Shown here: one piece after another, positions 22,054 through 31,593 of the stretch
How positions within the stretch are numbered: position 1 is the first letter of the stretch
Layout of the letters: every line of letters starts with the position of its first letter
From: an uncultured virus (IMG/VR IMGVR_UViG_3300044699_000169)
Taxonomy: Duplodnaviria > Heunggongvirae > Uroviricota > Caudoviricetes
Strand: one strand, 5' to 3'
Virus record (IMG/VR): IMGVR_UViG_3300044699_000169
Length of the DNA: 64,000 nt
Notes under the pieces: model-generated
Seen by the model: the letters and a program-made list of their open reading frames with translations, nothing else
Told to the model about the DNA's origin: nothing
Database searches by the model: none
Program-made: the position numbers and the translations under genes

Positions 22054-22543
22054 ATGAAGAGGTCGAAGATTCGCGAGTGCCCCTTCTGTGGAAGGATCCC
22101 GAGCGGCAAAAGGTTTTGCTCGACGGATCGCGGGCCAGCCATGGAGTGCGATCATTGCGGAAGCATGGGGCCTGCGGCGCTTGACCGTGAATTCATCGGT
22201 ACCAATGAGGACAAGCTCAATCCCCAGGCGATCCAGAAGTGGAACCAGCGCAGCTTCGACCGAGACTCCTACCAGATGGGGATCGAGGCTGCGGCGTCGT
22301 TCGTCGAGATGTTCGACAAACATGTCCAGCATCCGTACCGGTTGAGCGACTGCATCTTGTGCAAGTTCAATCTCATCAGCAAGCGGAAACTTCGGAAGAA
22401 CGTTCCAGACCGGCGCACGCCCGCCAGACGAAAGGGTGATCGCAGGGTTCCCGGCGGTCCCGAGTTCGTTCTCGGGCAGCATGACCTCCCAGGAACGCCG
22501 AAAGAGCGGTCGGCGCGAAGGCGTCCGGAGGAGACGTTCGTGA
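22054..22543 (+). CDS. Lar-like (restriction alleviation) zinc-ribbon protein; 3' end uncertain
   Basis: RECPFCG...MECDHCGSMGP...AIQKWNQR. Confidence 0.6.
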
Positions 22544-22920
22544 TCGTCTACCACGGAACCGCCCGGTGCAATCTCGAGGGGCTTCTTTCCTCCTCTCCTC
22601 GAACCTATCCTCAGAGCCATCTGAATGGAAAGCGGGCGTTCTGCACGACGACGGACTTCGAAATCGCCGCGCTCTTCGCGCTCCGCAAGAGCCCGGCTTC
22701 CATCCTTCGGGGCGACGAGAGCGAGATGGGCATCGTGATCGAATACGAGTTCTCGTCGCTCCTTGGGAAGGGCAGGAAATGGGCTCCGGCGGTCTGTCGT
22801 GGGGTTCTGCAGGACGAGAAGGAGATCGCGATCTTCAATCCTAAGATCCTCGAAATAAAGGCGGTCTGGCAGAGCGAGAACGGCGAGTGGGTCCGGAGGA
22901 AAAGGGCTGTGGCATCATGA
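22540..22920 (+). CDS. ADP-ribosyltransferase-fold protein (in frame with the Lar-like ORF as assembled)
   Basis: IVYHGT...AFCTTTDFEIAALFA...IVIEY...DEKEIAIFNP; GGAGG before the GTG. Confidence 0.6.
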   Translation: MIVYHGTARCNLEGLLSSSPRTYPQSHLNGKRAFCTTTDFEIAALFALRKSPASILRGDESEMGIVIEYEFSSLLGKGRKWAPAVCRGVLQDEKEIAIFNPKILEIKAVWQSENGEWVRRKRAVAS

Positions 22921-23390
22921 TCCGTTCCGAGAGAGGCAGCATCTGGGCCTACGAGAAGACGCATCTACTGGTCATACCCTGCAACATAGGTTGGAGGGCC
23001 AAGGATCAGGCGAACGTCATGGGCCGGGGCCTTGCTCTCCAGGCCGCCAAAAAATATCCGGACTTCCAGATGTGGTTCGGGAAGGAATGCGCCGCGCGCG
23101 GGGCCCAGACGCCGGTCCTGCGCTATCCGGACGGGCCGCTGATCGCCTTCCCGGTGAAGCCACTCAACGCCGCGGCGCCGTGGATGTCCTGGAAGAACAA
23201 GGCCGATCTCAAGCTGATCGAGCGGAGCGCTCAGCAACTGGACAAACTCCCCACCGACCGGCCCGTCGCGGTCAGCATGGTCGGATGCGGGAACGGTGGC
23301 CTGGATATGTCCGAGGTCCGGCCGATCCTCGACCGGCATCTTTCGTCGGGCAGGTTCACTCTCATCCTCTACGGGGGCGAAGCGTGCTGA
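22917..23390 (+). CDS. Macrodomain (ADP-ribose hydrolase-like)
   Basis: VIPCN...VMGRGLALQAAKKYP...IAFPVK...ADLKLIERS...VGCGNGGLD. Confidence 0.8.
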   Translation: MIRSERGSIWAYEKTHLLVIPCNIGWRAKDQANVMGRGLALQAAKKYPDFQMWFGKECAARGAQTPVLRYPDGPLIAFPVKPLNAAAPWMSWKNKADLKLIERSAQQLDKLPTDRPVAVSMVGCGNGGLDMSEVRPILDRHLSSGRFTLILYGGEAC

Positions 23391-23818
23391 ACTATCTGCA
23401 GGAGGAACTCAAGAAGCTGTGGACGAGTGAGGGCTACAGCGAGGAGTTCAGGAAGAGGTACTGTCCCCAGAAGGATCTGGACCACGCGCTCAAGCACATT
23501 CGAAAGGCCGCCCAGGCCATCGAGAACATGACCGAGGAGGCCGATCATTCCGGGAAGATTGCTGCGGACTCGTTCGATGTCGGAAAGTATCTGGCTGACA
23601 TCATAATCTCGGCCGTCCGAGCGGCGAACGTCTTCCCTGGAGCAAAGATCGACCTGGAGAAAGCGATCCTCTCCAGGATCCAGCACAAGATGGGGAAGCA
23701 CCTTGAGATCATGGCCGCATGCCCTGCCTGCGGCGCGGTCCTGCAGTGCAACCATCACGACTCGCTTGGCAGATGCCAGTGTACCGGAGAGTTCGGTCCC
23801 TGCTGCCGCTGCTCTTAG
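23384..23818 (+). CDS. All-alpha NTP pyrophosphatase (MazG-like) with Cys-rich tail
   Basis: HALKHIRKA...EEADH...KYLADIII...IDLEKAILSRI. Confidence 0.5.
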   Translation: MLNYLQEELKKLWTSEGYSEEFRKRYCPQKDLDHALKHIRKAAQAIENMTEEADHSGKIAADSFDVGKYLADIIISAVRAANVFPGAKIDLEKAILSRIQHKMGKHLEIMAACPACGAVLQCNHHDSLGRCQCTGEFGPCCRCS

Positions 23819-23826
23819 GAGAATCC

Positions 23827-24210
23827 ATGGGAGTCGAAACGCCGGACTTGAATTACGATGCAAAGCCTCCTCGGCCGAGCAAGACGCTGAAGGAATGCCA
23901 GGACGAGGTCAACGCCTGGGTCTCGAAGCGCTCCTGCGGCTACTGGAATCCGCACCAGATCTACACGCGCCTGGGGTCGGAGGTCGGCGAGCTCGGTAAG
24001 GAGATCAATCACGAGTTCGGTCCCCTCATCAAGAAGGAAGGGGAAAAGCCTTCATCGGTCACCGAGGAATGCGGAGACGTCATCTTCACGGTGATCTGCC
24101 TGCTCAACTCGAGAGGTCTTTCCCTGGACCGGGCGTTCGAGCTTGCTATGGCGAAGTGCTATGGGCGGGACAAGGATCGGTTCTCGTTGGTCGAGCCGAA
24201 ACAGCCATGA
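23827..24210 (+). CDS. MazG nucleotide pyrophosphohydrolase-domain protein
   Basis: QDEVNAWV...RLGSEVGELGKEIN...EECGDVIFTVICLLN..GLSLDRAF. Confidence 0.8.
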   Translation: MGVETPDLNYDAKPPRPSKTLKECQDEVNAWVSKRSCGYWNPHQIYTRLGSEVGELGKEINHEFGPLIKKEGEKPSSVTEECGDVIFTVICLLNSRGLSLDRAFELAMAKCYGRDKDRFSLVEPKQP

Positions 24211-24571
24211 TCTTCCTTTCTCGCGGTGGAGCGGCTGGGAGAGCCAGCGCTCCTGGTACAAGGAGTGCCGGGCCGAATTTGGTACGGCGAACTGCCGGAG
24301 GTTGTACCGCCCTTCCGGTCTTCGCTACGGCCCAGGTAGCGGGTGAAATCCCCGCCTCCATCGCGAAAGGGGAAGATTGATGGAACATAGAGAGGGCCGT
24401 GGAGAACGCCAGACTTTCCCGCAGTGGCACCGGAGCCAAGCGATGAAGGAGGCTATCCGGTTGACCTGTCCTTGTGGCGCAGTCGTCTATGAAGGGACGA
24501 AGCCGAACTTCTCGAGAGTCAGCTGCCCGAAGTGCAAGCAGATCCATGAGGTTCCGAAGGAGATGAGGAAA

Positions 24572-25069
24572 ATGAGGACCGCTCATCAGCAGCGTATCGA
24601 AGAGTTCATGCGAAAGGCTGGCCAGGAAATCCCGGCAAAGCCGATCATGCCGTCTCAGGAAGTTCGTCGGCTCCGGGCAAACATCATCCTCGAGGAAGCC
24701 CTCGAAACGATCGAGGGGCTTGGGTTCCAAGTCGTGATGAAGCCTTTTGATGGGGCAATCGAAGTCGGCCCCCAGGTCCGGGAACCGGACATCGTCGAGG
24801 TCGTGGATGGATGCGGAGATCTAAGCGTCGTCACGATCGGGACTCTTTCGGCCTTCGGCGTGAAGGATGAACCGATCCTTCAGGCGATCGACGCGAGCAA
24901 TCTTCAGAAGTTCGGCCCCGGATCCTATCGGCGCGAGTCGGACGGAAAGTGGATGAAGCCACCCGATCACAAAGCGCCGGACATCATGGGCTGCCTGATT
25001 CTTCAGGGTTATGGGGACAAGTATCACGGCCAGCCCGAGCACGCGGCGCCAGGATTTAATCCCAAGTAA
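24572..25069 (+). CDS. PRA-PH/DR2231-like MazG-fold pyrophosphohydrolase (in-frame zinc-ribbon extension upstream)
   Basis: RLRANIILEEALE...EVVDGCGDL...SNLQK...DGKWMKPPD..PDI. Confidence 0.75.
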   Translation: MRTAHQQRIEEFMRKAGQEIPAKPIMPSQEVRRLRANIILEEALETIEGLGFQVVMKPFDGAIEVGPQVREPDIVEVVDGCGDLSVVTIGTLSAFGVKDEPILQAIDASNLQKFGPGSYRRESDGKWMKPPDHKAPDIMGCLILQGYGDKYHGQPEHAAPGFNPK

Positions 25070-25072
25070 TGG

Positions 25073-25231
25073 GGTGCCTTTTACGCTGACCTGTAGCTGA
25101 GTGAAGAAACAAAGCACCCAAGAAGTTCTTGCTGAGCTTGTGGAGTCTTTTCCGGCCGGGAAGGCACATAGTTGCTCGGGGGATTTGGGAGGACCCGGAG
25201 AATCACCGGGCAGGTCAGCGTAGACGGCACC
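25073..25231 (+). ncRNA. Rod-shaped structured RNA with central bubble (6S RNA-like candidate)
   Basis: Closing stem GGTGCC..ACGCTGACCTG / CAGGTCAGCGT..GGCACC; inner stems GTGA/TCAC, CCCAAG/TTTGGG, GAGC/GCTC and an apical hairpin; fills an intergenic gap; strand inferred. Confidence 0.55.
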
Positions 25232-25253
25232 AAAGAAAGGTAAAGGAGTTCTT

Positions 25254-26210
25254 ATGACTGGGAAAGCGATCGAGAAGAAGATCCGCGTCGAAGGCGTCCT
25301 CGAGTACGACCGGACGCGCGGGGTGGTGTACTTCTTCGGAGGGAAGGGATGCCTTCTCCGGATCGAAGGCGTCCCGCCGACGGCGATCGAGGAAGGAAAT
25401 CAGATCGACATCCACCTCGTCAATCCTGGGCCGAGCATCACCATGTCAGCGAGCCCGAAGGCTGGAGCGACGGCGCGATCTGTGCAGTCAAGCTTCGGGG
25501 AAAGGAATTGGATGGCGCTTAAATCGGGAGTCACGGGCTGGGCCGAGTTTAGCAAGGAAAAGCCGAAGGCGCGCTGCCGATTCGCTCTTGGGCGCGACTT
25601 CATCGGCAAGGAGAGCCTGGGGAAGGCTCTCTTCGTTGGTCTCAACCCAAGCCGCGCCGGCGCCGACGTCGACGACATGACCGTGGTGAAGGGCATGGGG
25701 TTCGCGCGGGCCTGGGAGCTCGGCGGAACGATCCACGCGAACGCCTACCCCTACATCACGCCCTACCCCAAGAAGCTCAAGGACTGCACCGAGGCCGAGA
25801 TCGCGCTGAATGACGAGTGGATCGTCAAGCTCGCCGAGAAGGCTAAGGTGGTGGTCCTGGCATGGGGATCCTTCCCGAAATTCAAGGACCGGTTCCTCAA
25901 TGTGGCGCGTCTGCTCGCGCCTTTCAATCCTGTCTGCGTCGGCTTTACGAAGGACGGATTCCCGCACCACATCTCCAGGATCTCCTACAGCACGCCGCGG
26001 GAGTCGTGGAAGTTCGGAGAGTGGGCCATGCTGAATGTGACGTCGGAGCCGCTTCCGAAGAACTGGGACGAAAGTCCGAAGGGTTGCTACTCGCCGCATC
26101 CGGGATCCCGCGCGATCTGCCAGCTCCCTCCGGACGGCCACAGCCTTCATAAGCGCAAGCATGCCAACGGCCAGGAGCTCGAGTGCTGGCGAGACAAGAA
26201 GGGGGCGTAG
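25254..26210 (+). CDS. DUF1643 family protein (probably merged with neighbours in this assembly)
   Basis: CRFALGR...LFVGLNPSRA..DVDDMTV...N.YPYITPYP...NDEWI...VVLAWG; AAGGAG SD. Confidence 0.7.
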   Translation: MTGKAIEKKIRVEGVLEYDRTRGVVYFFGGKGCLLRIEGVPPTAIEEGNQIDIHLVNPGPSITMSASPKAGATARSVQSSFGERNWMALKSGVTGWAEFSKEKPKARCRFALGRDFIGKESLGKALFVGLNPSRAGADVDDMTVVKGMGFARAWELGGTIHANAYPYITPYPKKLKDCTEAEIALNDEWIVKLAEKAKVVVLAWGSFPKFKDRFLNVARLLAPFNPVCVGFTKDGFPHHISRISYSTPRESWKFGEWAMLNVTSEPLPKNWDESPKGCYSPHPGSRAICQLPPDGHSLHKRKHANGQELECWRDKKGA

Positions 26211-27396
26211 ATGGAGACAACGACCGTCAGGGAGCATTTGGAGTGGATGAAGAAGCGGGCCCTCGATCTTCTGGATCAGGGAGATCTTCGGCAGGCTTTC
26301 ATGTCCGTGATCTCGGACCTTGGTAAGCATGACGGGACGAGAGACCATCCCATGATCAGGCTCGGAACCCAGATGCTCGAGGCAGGTCACCTCGATACGT
26401 CGATCGCCATGAGGAAGTTTATCGAAGGGTTTTGAACGACTATGCGCGACAGAATCCATTACAGCGCCTTGGACTTCTGGGGATGCTTCATGATGTGGGG
26501 CGACACAAGGACTGCTTTTCGGAATTGAGGGATACGATGCCGGTTGAAGAACTCGATCTCCGTGCCCACATGATCCGGGAACAGCTCATCGGGATCAAAA
26601 GCGCCCCCGACGACAAGAGCTTGAACCAGGTGAAAGAGGAGCTCATCCAGGGTCACCTCCAGGAAGTCGCCGATCACGCTCGGCTTCTCGCGCTCCAGGA
26701 GGAGATCTACGCGGTCGGGAACACTCCGGAGGAGGCGGTCCTGGCTCTTGCTCGGTTCAAGGGCTGGGGCGAGGTGGGAAAGATTGACGAACTTGATGGC
26801 GGCGACCCCAAGTACACCTGGGGGCGGCGATTCACCGCCGGCGGGACGGGAATGAAGGCCGCGGGGTGGTCGGTTCCGGGCGGGTTCGTTCTGACGTGGT
26901 GGAAATAATCTATGACGGACTGGATCGTCAGTAGGAGCCTTTCCAAATCAGACCTGAGTAAAGGCGGCGTTGGACTCGTCTACCACGTCCAAGCGAGAAC
27001 GGCGGATCAGTTCACCTCGTTTGCGCTCCTTGCCAGCGAAAATGCTCCGATGACGCGAGGAAAGTCTGCGGACGGGAAGCTCGACGTCTTCACTTGTATG
27101 AGCGATCAAGGTCACGCGACGATGAACATTCTTGGGAAGATCAGGTACGAAGGGGACTGGCCGGGAGATTCCAAGCCCAAGAAAGGACGGAAGAAGTAAT
27201 GGGTGAAGCGAATCTCTACGTTGTCACTTTCTACCAGGAAGACAAGCGAAGCGGCGGCTGTTTTCCCGTTACCAGGGAGGAATGGGCGTATTCTGCCCAG
27301 GACGCCAGAGCTCAGGTCGAGCTGTCGTTCGAAGGGGTTAGCCCCCGGATCCGTATTTCCGGGTGCTCAAGATCGAACCAAAGAGGGAGAAGGTGA
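26211..27396 (+). other. Run of small phage-type hypothetical genes (26211-26435, 26432-26908, 26912-27199, 27199-27396)
   Basis: Tightly tiled short ORFs with overlapping stop/start codons. Confidence 0.5.
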
Positions 27397-27403
27397 AAGT
27401 TTA

Positions 27404-27555
27404 GGCCCACACAGAGCAGGGAATCGGAACCGTCGGTGATTGGTCCTTGCTCGTAGCCCGACGGGTGTGTCGTGCCGATGGATACGCCCCCTGAAAGAGG
27501 CGTGATCATGGGAAAGCCGCCTGAAAACCAGGCTTGGCAGCTCGGAGAGACGGCC
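27404..27555 (+). ncRNA. Multi-stem structured RNA candidate
   Basis: Several stems, a loop-loop complement CCGTCGG/CCGACGG and two CCTGAAA hairpins in an intergenic gap. Confidence 0.45.
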
Positions 27556-27560
27556 AAATT

Positions 27561-29818
27561 ATGGGCAAGAAGAACGAAAGCCTGATGACGGTGAAGCTGG
27601 ACGGCGACATTCATAATGTGAAGTACTACAACGATGACACCGGCTACGGCGAGACGGCCTGCGGGAAGATGGTCGGTCCGTGGGACGTAACGATCTGCGG
27701 AAAGTTCGACTGCAAGACGTGTCTTGAAGGGAAATAGCCCATGCCTAAGCACCGGCACCGCTGGTCGAAACCTCACTTCATGAGCACGGTGGGCTGGGTC
27801 AAAGCCTGCAAGGCCAAGGCTTGCCCTAAGAGGATGAAGGCCGTCCGCTCCGGCGTTGTCTTGACCGCAGGAGCTTTGTCTAGAGGAGAATCTGGAGGAA
27901 TGGTCAGATGATCGAAGGCTACAAGATCAGCCGGCTCACGATGCTGTGGATCATGGTCTTCCTGGTCGTAATCTGTTTCTTCGTCACCTTCAAGTTCACG
28001 AACGACTACTGGAAGGTCGAGCTCATCAAGCGCGGCCATGCGCGGTGGGTTGTGAAGGACGACAAAGGAACCGTGGAGTGGCAGTGGAAGGAATCGAAGT
28101 GACGACAAAGACCTGCCCGGGCTGCGGGATCCGTCATTCGATCAGGGATCACCACGACTGTTCGACGAGGATCAAGCCATCGGTGCTGATCGCGATCGTT
28201 GCCGTTCTTCTCTTCATTGGACTCATCGGTGGAGCGTCGTGCAATCTCAAGATCCAGATCAAGCAGACGCCGACGAAGGTCGAAACAAAGGAGTAACTCA
28301 TGGCGTGGACGCCTCGCCAGAGCTCAAGGGCGGCCGCCGAGGAGGCGATCCGAAAGTCCAAGGAGCGCTGCCGGTTCTGCGGCAAGCCAATCCCTTGGGT
28401 TGGAAAATGTCCTTGCCCCAAGTCAGAGAGTAAAGCGTAATGGGATACAGCGTTGCGCGGGATGTGATCGCAGGGTGCTTCCAGTGTTGGGGCTCCGAAG
28501 GTCACTGGATCGGGCCGAACGCTCAAGGTGTCGCCGCTCGGCATCACTACGCGACCGGCCACGAGACGTGGGCGGACGTCAACATGTCGATCCGATACGG
28601 CGGAGGAAAAGTCTCAAAAAAAGAAGAAAAGCCAAGCGAGCCGGAGAAGGGGAAAAGCGCTTCATGACCGAACCATTCATGGTCTACTTCGGACCTTACC
28701 GGGAGTCTGGGCATTTCTTCTACACTGAGGCCGGCTGGAGCTCCTCCTCAGACAAATTCGAGGACGTTCCGTGGACGGCGACGGAGATCGACGGTCCGCT
28801 TCAGCCAGGTTGGCCGCTTCCTGGAGATCGCCTGCAGCGCCGGACGCGGCCCATGCGCGAGGGGGAGAGCCATCTTTACCATAAGGATGGCTGGACGGCA
28901 TTATCCTTCTGGGATTTCTCCGTGGATACCCGGCCCGGATCTAGCAGCACCTACATCGCCAAGGGGACCTTCACGTTCGAGCAGATGGTTGAACTCGCCA
29001 AGACGCGCTTCGCCGAGCGGTGGAACCGGATGAAGTTCGAGGTGGTCCTGTGCAAGCTCGACGGAGACCGCCAATGACCGGCCTCTACGAGCAAGTCTTC
29101 GGCGAGTGCGTTTTCTGCGGATTCATGGGGATCGTGGTAGGAGGTCTCGAGCCCGTCCGGATGATCGGCCACAATCCAGCTTCCAGCGGCACCGGCCCGG
29201 AGATCGTCTGGCGGAACCAGTGCCGCGATCGCCAGGGCTGCGAGCGCCGGCAAAGGGATTTCCAGATGCGTCCGTGGGCCTTCGGAAAGCCCATGAAAGG
29301 ATGCTCGGTCCCTGCTACAATCCGATCCTGATGTCGGAACAAAAAGAATCTTCCATCGACAAAGGCTGCGTCATCGGAATATCGCTCGTCTCGGTCTTCT
29401 TCCTGGTCCCGATCGTTGCCTGGTGGGTTCCGGTGGCCGGTAAGATTCTCGAGTGGATCAAGAGGTCTGCCGGGTTTTGACAGCCTACGTCGATCCCACC
29501 GGGGAACGGCCTTGCGCGAGTTCGTTGAATTCGTGAAGGCCAGCAGAATTCCCGTCACAAAATCATGGGTTTCGCATCTCTACACGGTGCTGGGGAACTC
29601 TGATGCCAGTTTTCCTGTGCAGCCAATGCAAGATGATGGAGAACACCGCCGGTCTCCAACTATTGGACCAGGAAAGAGGGATCCCCAGCACTCTGCACAG
29701 CCTGCGATCCTGAAGTAAAGAGGTGGCACGGCATATTTGATCCCAAACCACTCCCCCCAGACCATATCGTCGGACCTGATGGATTCGTCTATCGCAAGCA
29801 GGATCCGATTCTTCTAAG
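27561..29818 (+). other. Run of small hypothetical genes, several with CxxC pairs or TM helices (includes 28664-29077)
   Basis: Tiled short ORFs, e.g. ...GWTALSFWDFSVDTRPGSSSTY... Confidence 0.5.
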
Positions 29819-29866
29819 CCTCCGAGGGCCCTACCGCTCAGGCGTAGAAGGGACAGAAAACCGGAC

Positions 29867-30124
29867 ATGAAAACAACTGAAAATCTTAAAATTTTCCAGA
29901 AGCTTCAGAGCCGTCCCCCAGAAATAGGTCGCACGGTCTACTATGGCGTGGATGGAACTGCACGCGCGGCGATCATCGTCGACGTCGACCATCTGTCGCT
30001 GGCGGGGAAAGTGAGCCTGACCGTTTTCCTTCCAGGGAAACCGTCACTTGCGGTCGATGCGAAGTACTCGAGAACGCTTCGGAATGGCTTCTGGAGCTGG
30101 CCTTCGGATCAGGAGCAGCAGTAG
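29867..30124 (+). CDS. Small phage-type hypothetical protein
   Basis: PEIGRTVYY...RAAIIVDV...VSLTVF...WSWP. Confidence 0.55.
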   Translation: MKTTENLKIFQKLQSRPPEIGRTVYYGVDGTARAAIIVDVDHLSLAGKVSLTVFLPGKPSLAVDAKYSRTLRNGFWSWPSDQEQQ

Positions 30125-30888
30125 ACCGTCGTGGGCGGCTGAATTCCTGAGGTGACGAAAACGTCCTGGATCTTGGAAGAGCTCACCGCTGACGGAGCTT
30201 TCAGGGAGAAGAAGTAGACGTTGTTCGCAGCGAAGCTTCCAAAGGGAGTGAAGCCGCCGCCGGCGAAGGTGAGGGGGATGAGCACGTCGTCGATGTAGAG
30301 AGTCATCACGCCAGCCATGTCGATCGAGTAGTCGATCTTATGGGTCCCCGCCGGTCGGAGTCCAAGTTCCGATGTAGCTGTCCTGCGCCCGCGGTTGGTC
30401 CAGAAACCACCTGGACGAATCCGGTGGCGTTCATATACACGAGGATCCAGTTGGAGAACGTCGAATCGAAGATGTAATGCTGATATTCGGAACCTGATCC
30501 CACCGAGCCTGGATATTCGGTGAGCTTGAACTGGACCGACATGAGAAGGATGGTGCTAAGGGAGAGCGGGAATGGGCGGAAGGCTGCTGGAGTATCGGAA
30601 ACGCCGCCCAGAGCGTCGAGACTCATCACGCCTGGAGTGAAGGTAACCTGCCCGCCTTTGGGACCGAACGCTTCACTGAAGGTCCATCCGCATACCGGCC
30701 CTGGAGAAGCTCCGGTGATCGGCCCTCCGGTGCAGGGGAAGCAGTCGGTGAAGAGCGTCGCGATCATGCACTGCCGGCGCCGGAGGTGGAGTCGGTGCTG
30801 GAGTCGGCGCTGGAGCTGGAGTTGCGCCGCCGGTCGCGGCTGGGCCGCTTGCTGGGCCGCCGAGTGGATTTCCAAATCCGGTGGTCAC
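30109..30888 (-). CDS. Beta-rich (lectin/jelly-roll-like) protein with Pro/Thr linker and C-terminal CCS; frameshifted
   Basis: MTTGFGNPLGG..(PAPT)n..FTDCFPC...GTWTPT...LYIDDVLIPL...PPTTVYCCS*; paralog at 53261. Confidence 0.6.
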
Positions 30889-31041
30889 ATGCGTAAGAGA
30901 AAAAATCTGAGCTCGAGGGACGCATGGCCCTCCTGGTCTTTTCCGGATCAGACCTGGCGGGCATTTACGCGGCTGGCTTCGGGTCTTTTCCTTGGTGGCA
31001 TCTTCAGTAATTGTATAGCGCCTGCGTCTGAAAACCCAGCA

Positions 31042-31323
31042 TCACCGATCTGACGGCTTTGTTCCGAGATTCCATTCGAGGAGCCTGACTGGAGACAGAT
31101 GCATCGGGCACTTTGGGCCATTCGGGCAGACCACGCTCGGTGTGACGCGTCCTTCCTGGTCCACCGCGTGAGGGAGGCTGGCGACTTCTCCGCAGGCTGG
31201 GCAGGAGAGAAATACCGACTTCGTCTTCCAATCCGCCGGCGCCGTTGCGGCCGTGCTCCAGTGGCCCTTCGGGGTTTGCCACCAATCGCCAGCCCAGCGC
31301 TTGAAGTCGTAGGATCCGGTCAT
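31042..31323 (-). CDS. Zinc-ribbon hypothetical protein
   Basis: LSCPACG...HAVDQEGRVTPSVVCP..KCPMH. Confidence 0.55.
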   Translation of the reverse strand: MTGSYDFKRWAGDWWQTPKGHWSTAATAPADWKTKSVFLSCPACGEVASLPHAVDQEGRVTPSVVCPNGPKCPMHLSPVRLLEWNLGTKPSDR

Positions 31324-31435
31324 GAGCCCTCTATAATGACCTTCCCGAAGGCCTCGAATCCTTGCACCTAATCGACTGAACTGGAATATTTTACCGCATC
31401 AGGATATGCTGTTAGGAGACCCGGGAGGATACGCC

Positions 31436-31576
31436 ATGTTCGTGGTCATCAGCGGAAACCCCTTCGACGGCATGACAATTCACGGGCCGTTCGATGACGG
31501 GGAGGCGGCGAACGATTGGGCGGACTCCAACATCAAAAATGACACCTGGTGGGTCATGGAAGTCGAAAAAGTCTGA
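31436..31576 (+). CDS. Small phage-type protein (not in the ORF track)
   Basis: GGAGG then MFVVISGNPFDGMTIHGPFDDGEAANDWAD...*. Confidence 0.6.
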   Translation: MFVVISGNPFDGMTIHGPFDDGEAANDWADSNIKNDTWWVMEVEKV

Positions 31577-31593
31577 CCGAGAGGAGCCTTTCG

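Noticed and set aside
22024..22920. Lar-ART fusion as a genuine novel protein
   Set aside because: The linker reads as out-of-frame sequence, and the ART part has its own GGAGG plus GTGA overlap, so the fusion is likely an indel artefact
25073..25231. SRP RNA or a rho-independent terminator as the identity of the rod-shaped RNA
   Set aside because: It lacks the SRP helix-8 GNRA loop motif, is far longer than a terminator hairpin, and has no U-tract after the stem
29480..29866. Apparent non-coding gap as an ncRNA
   Set aside because: It contains a frameshifted CxxC ORF (MPVFLCSQC...ALCTACDP..WHGIF) starting near 29603
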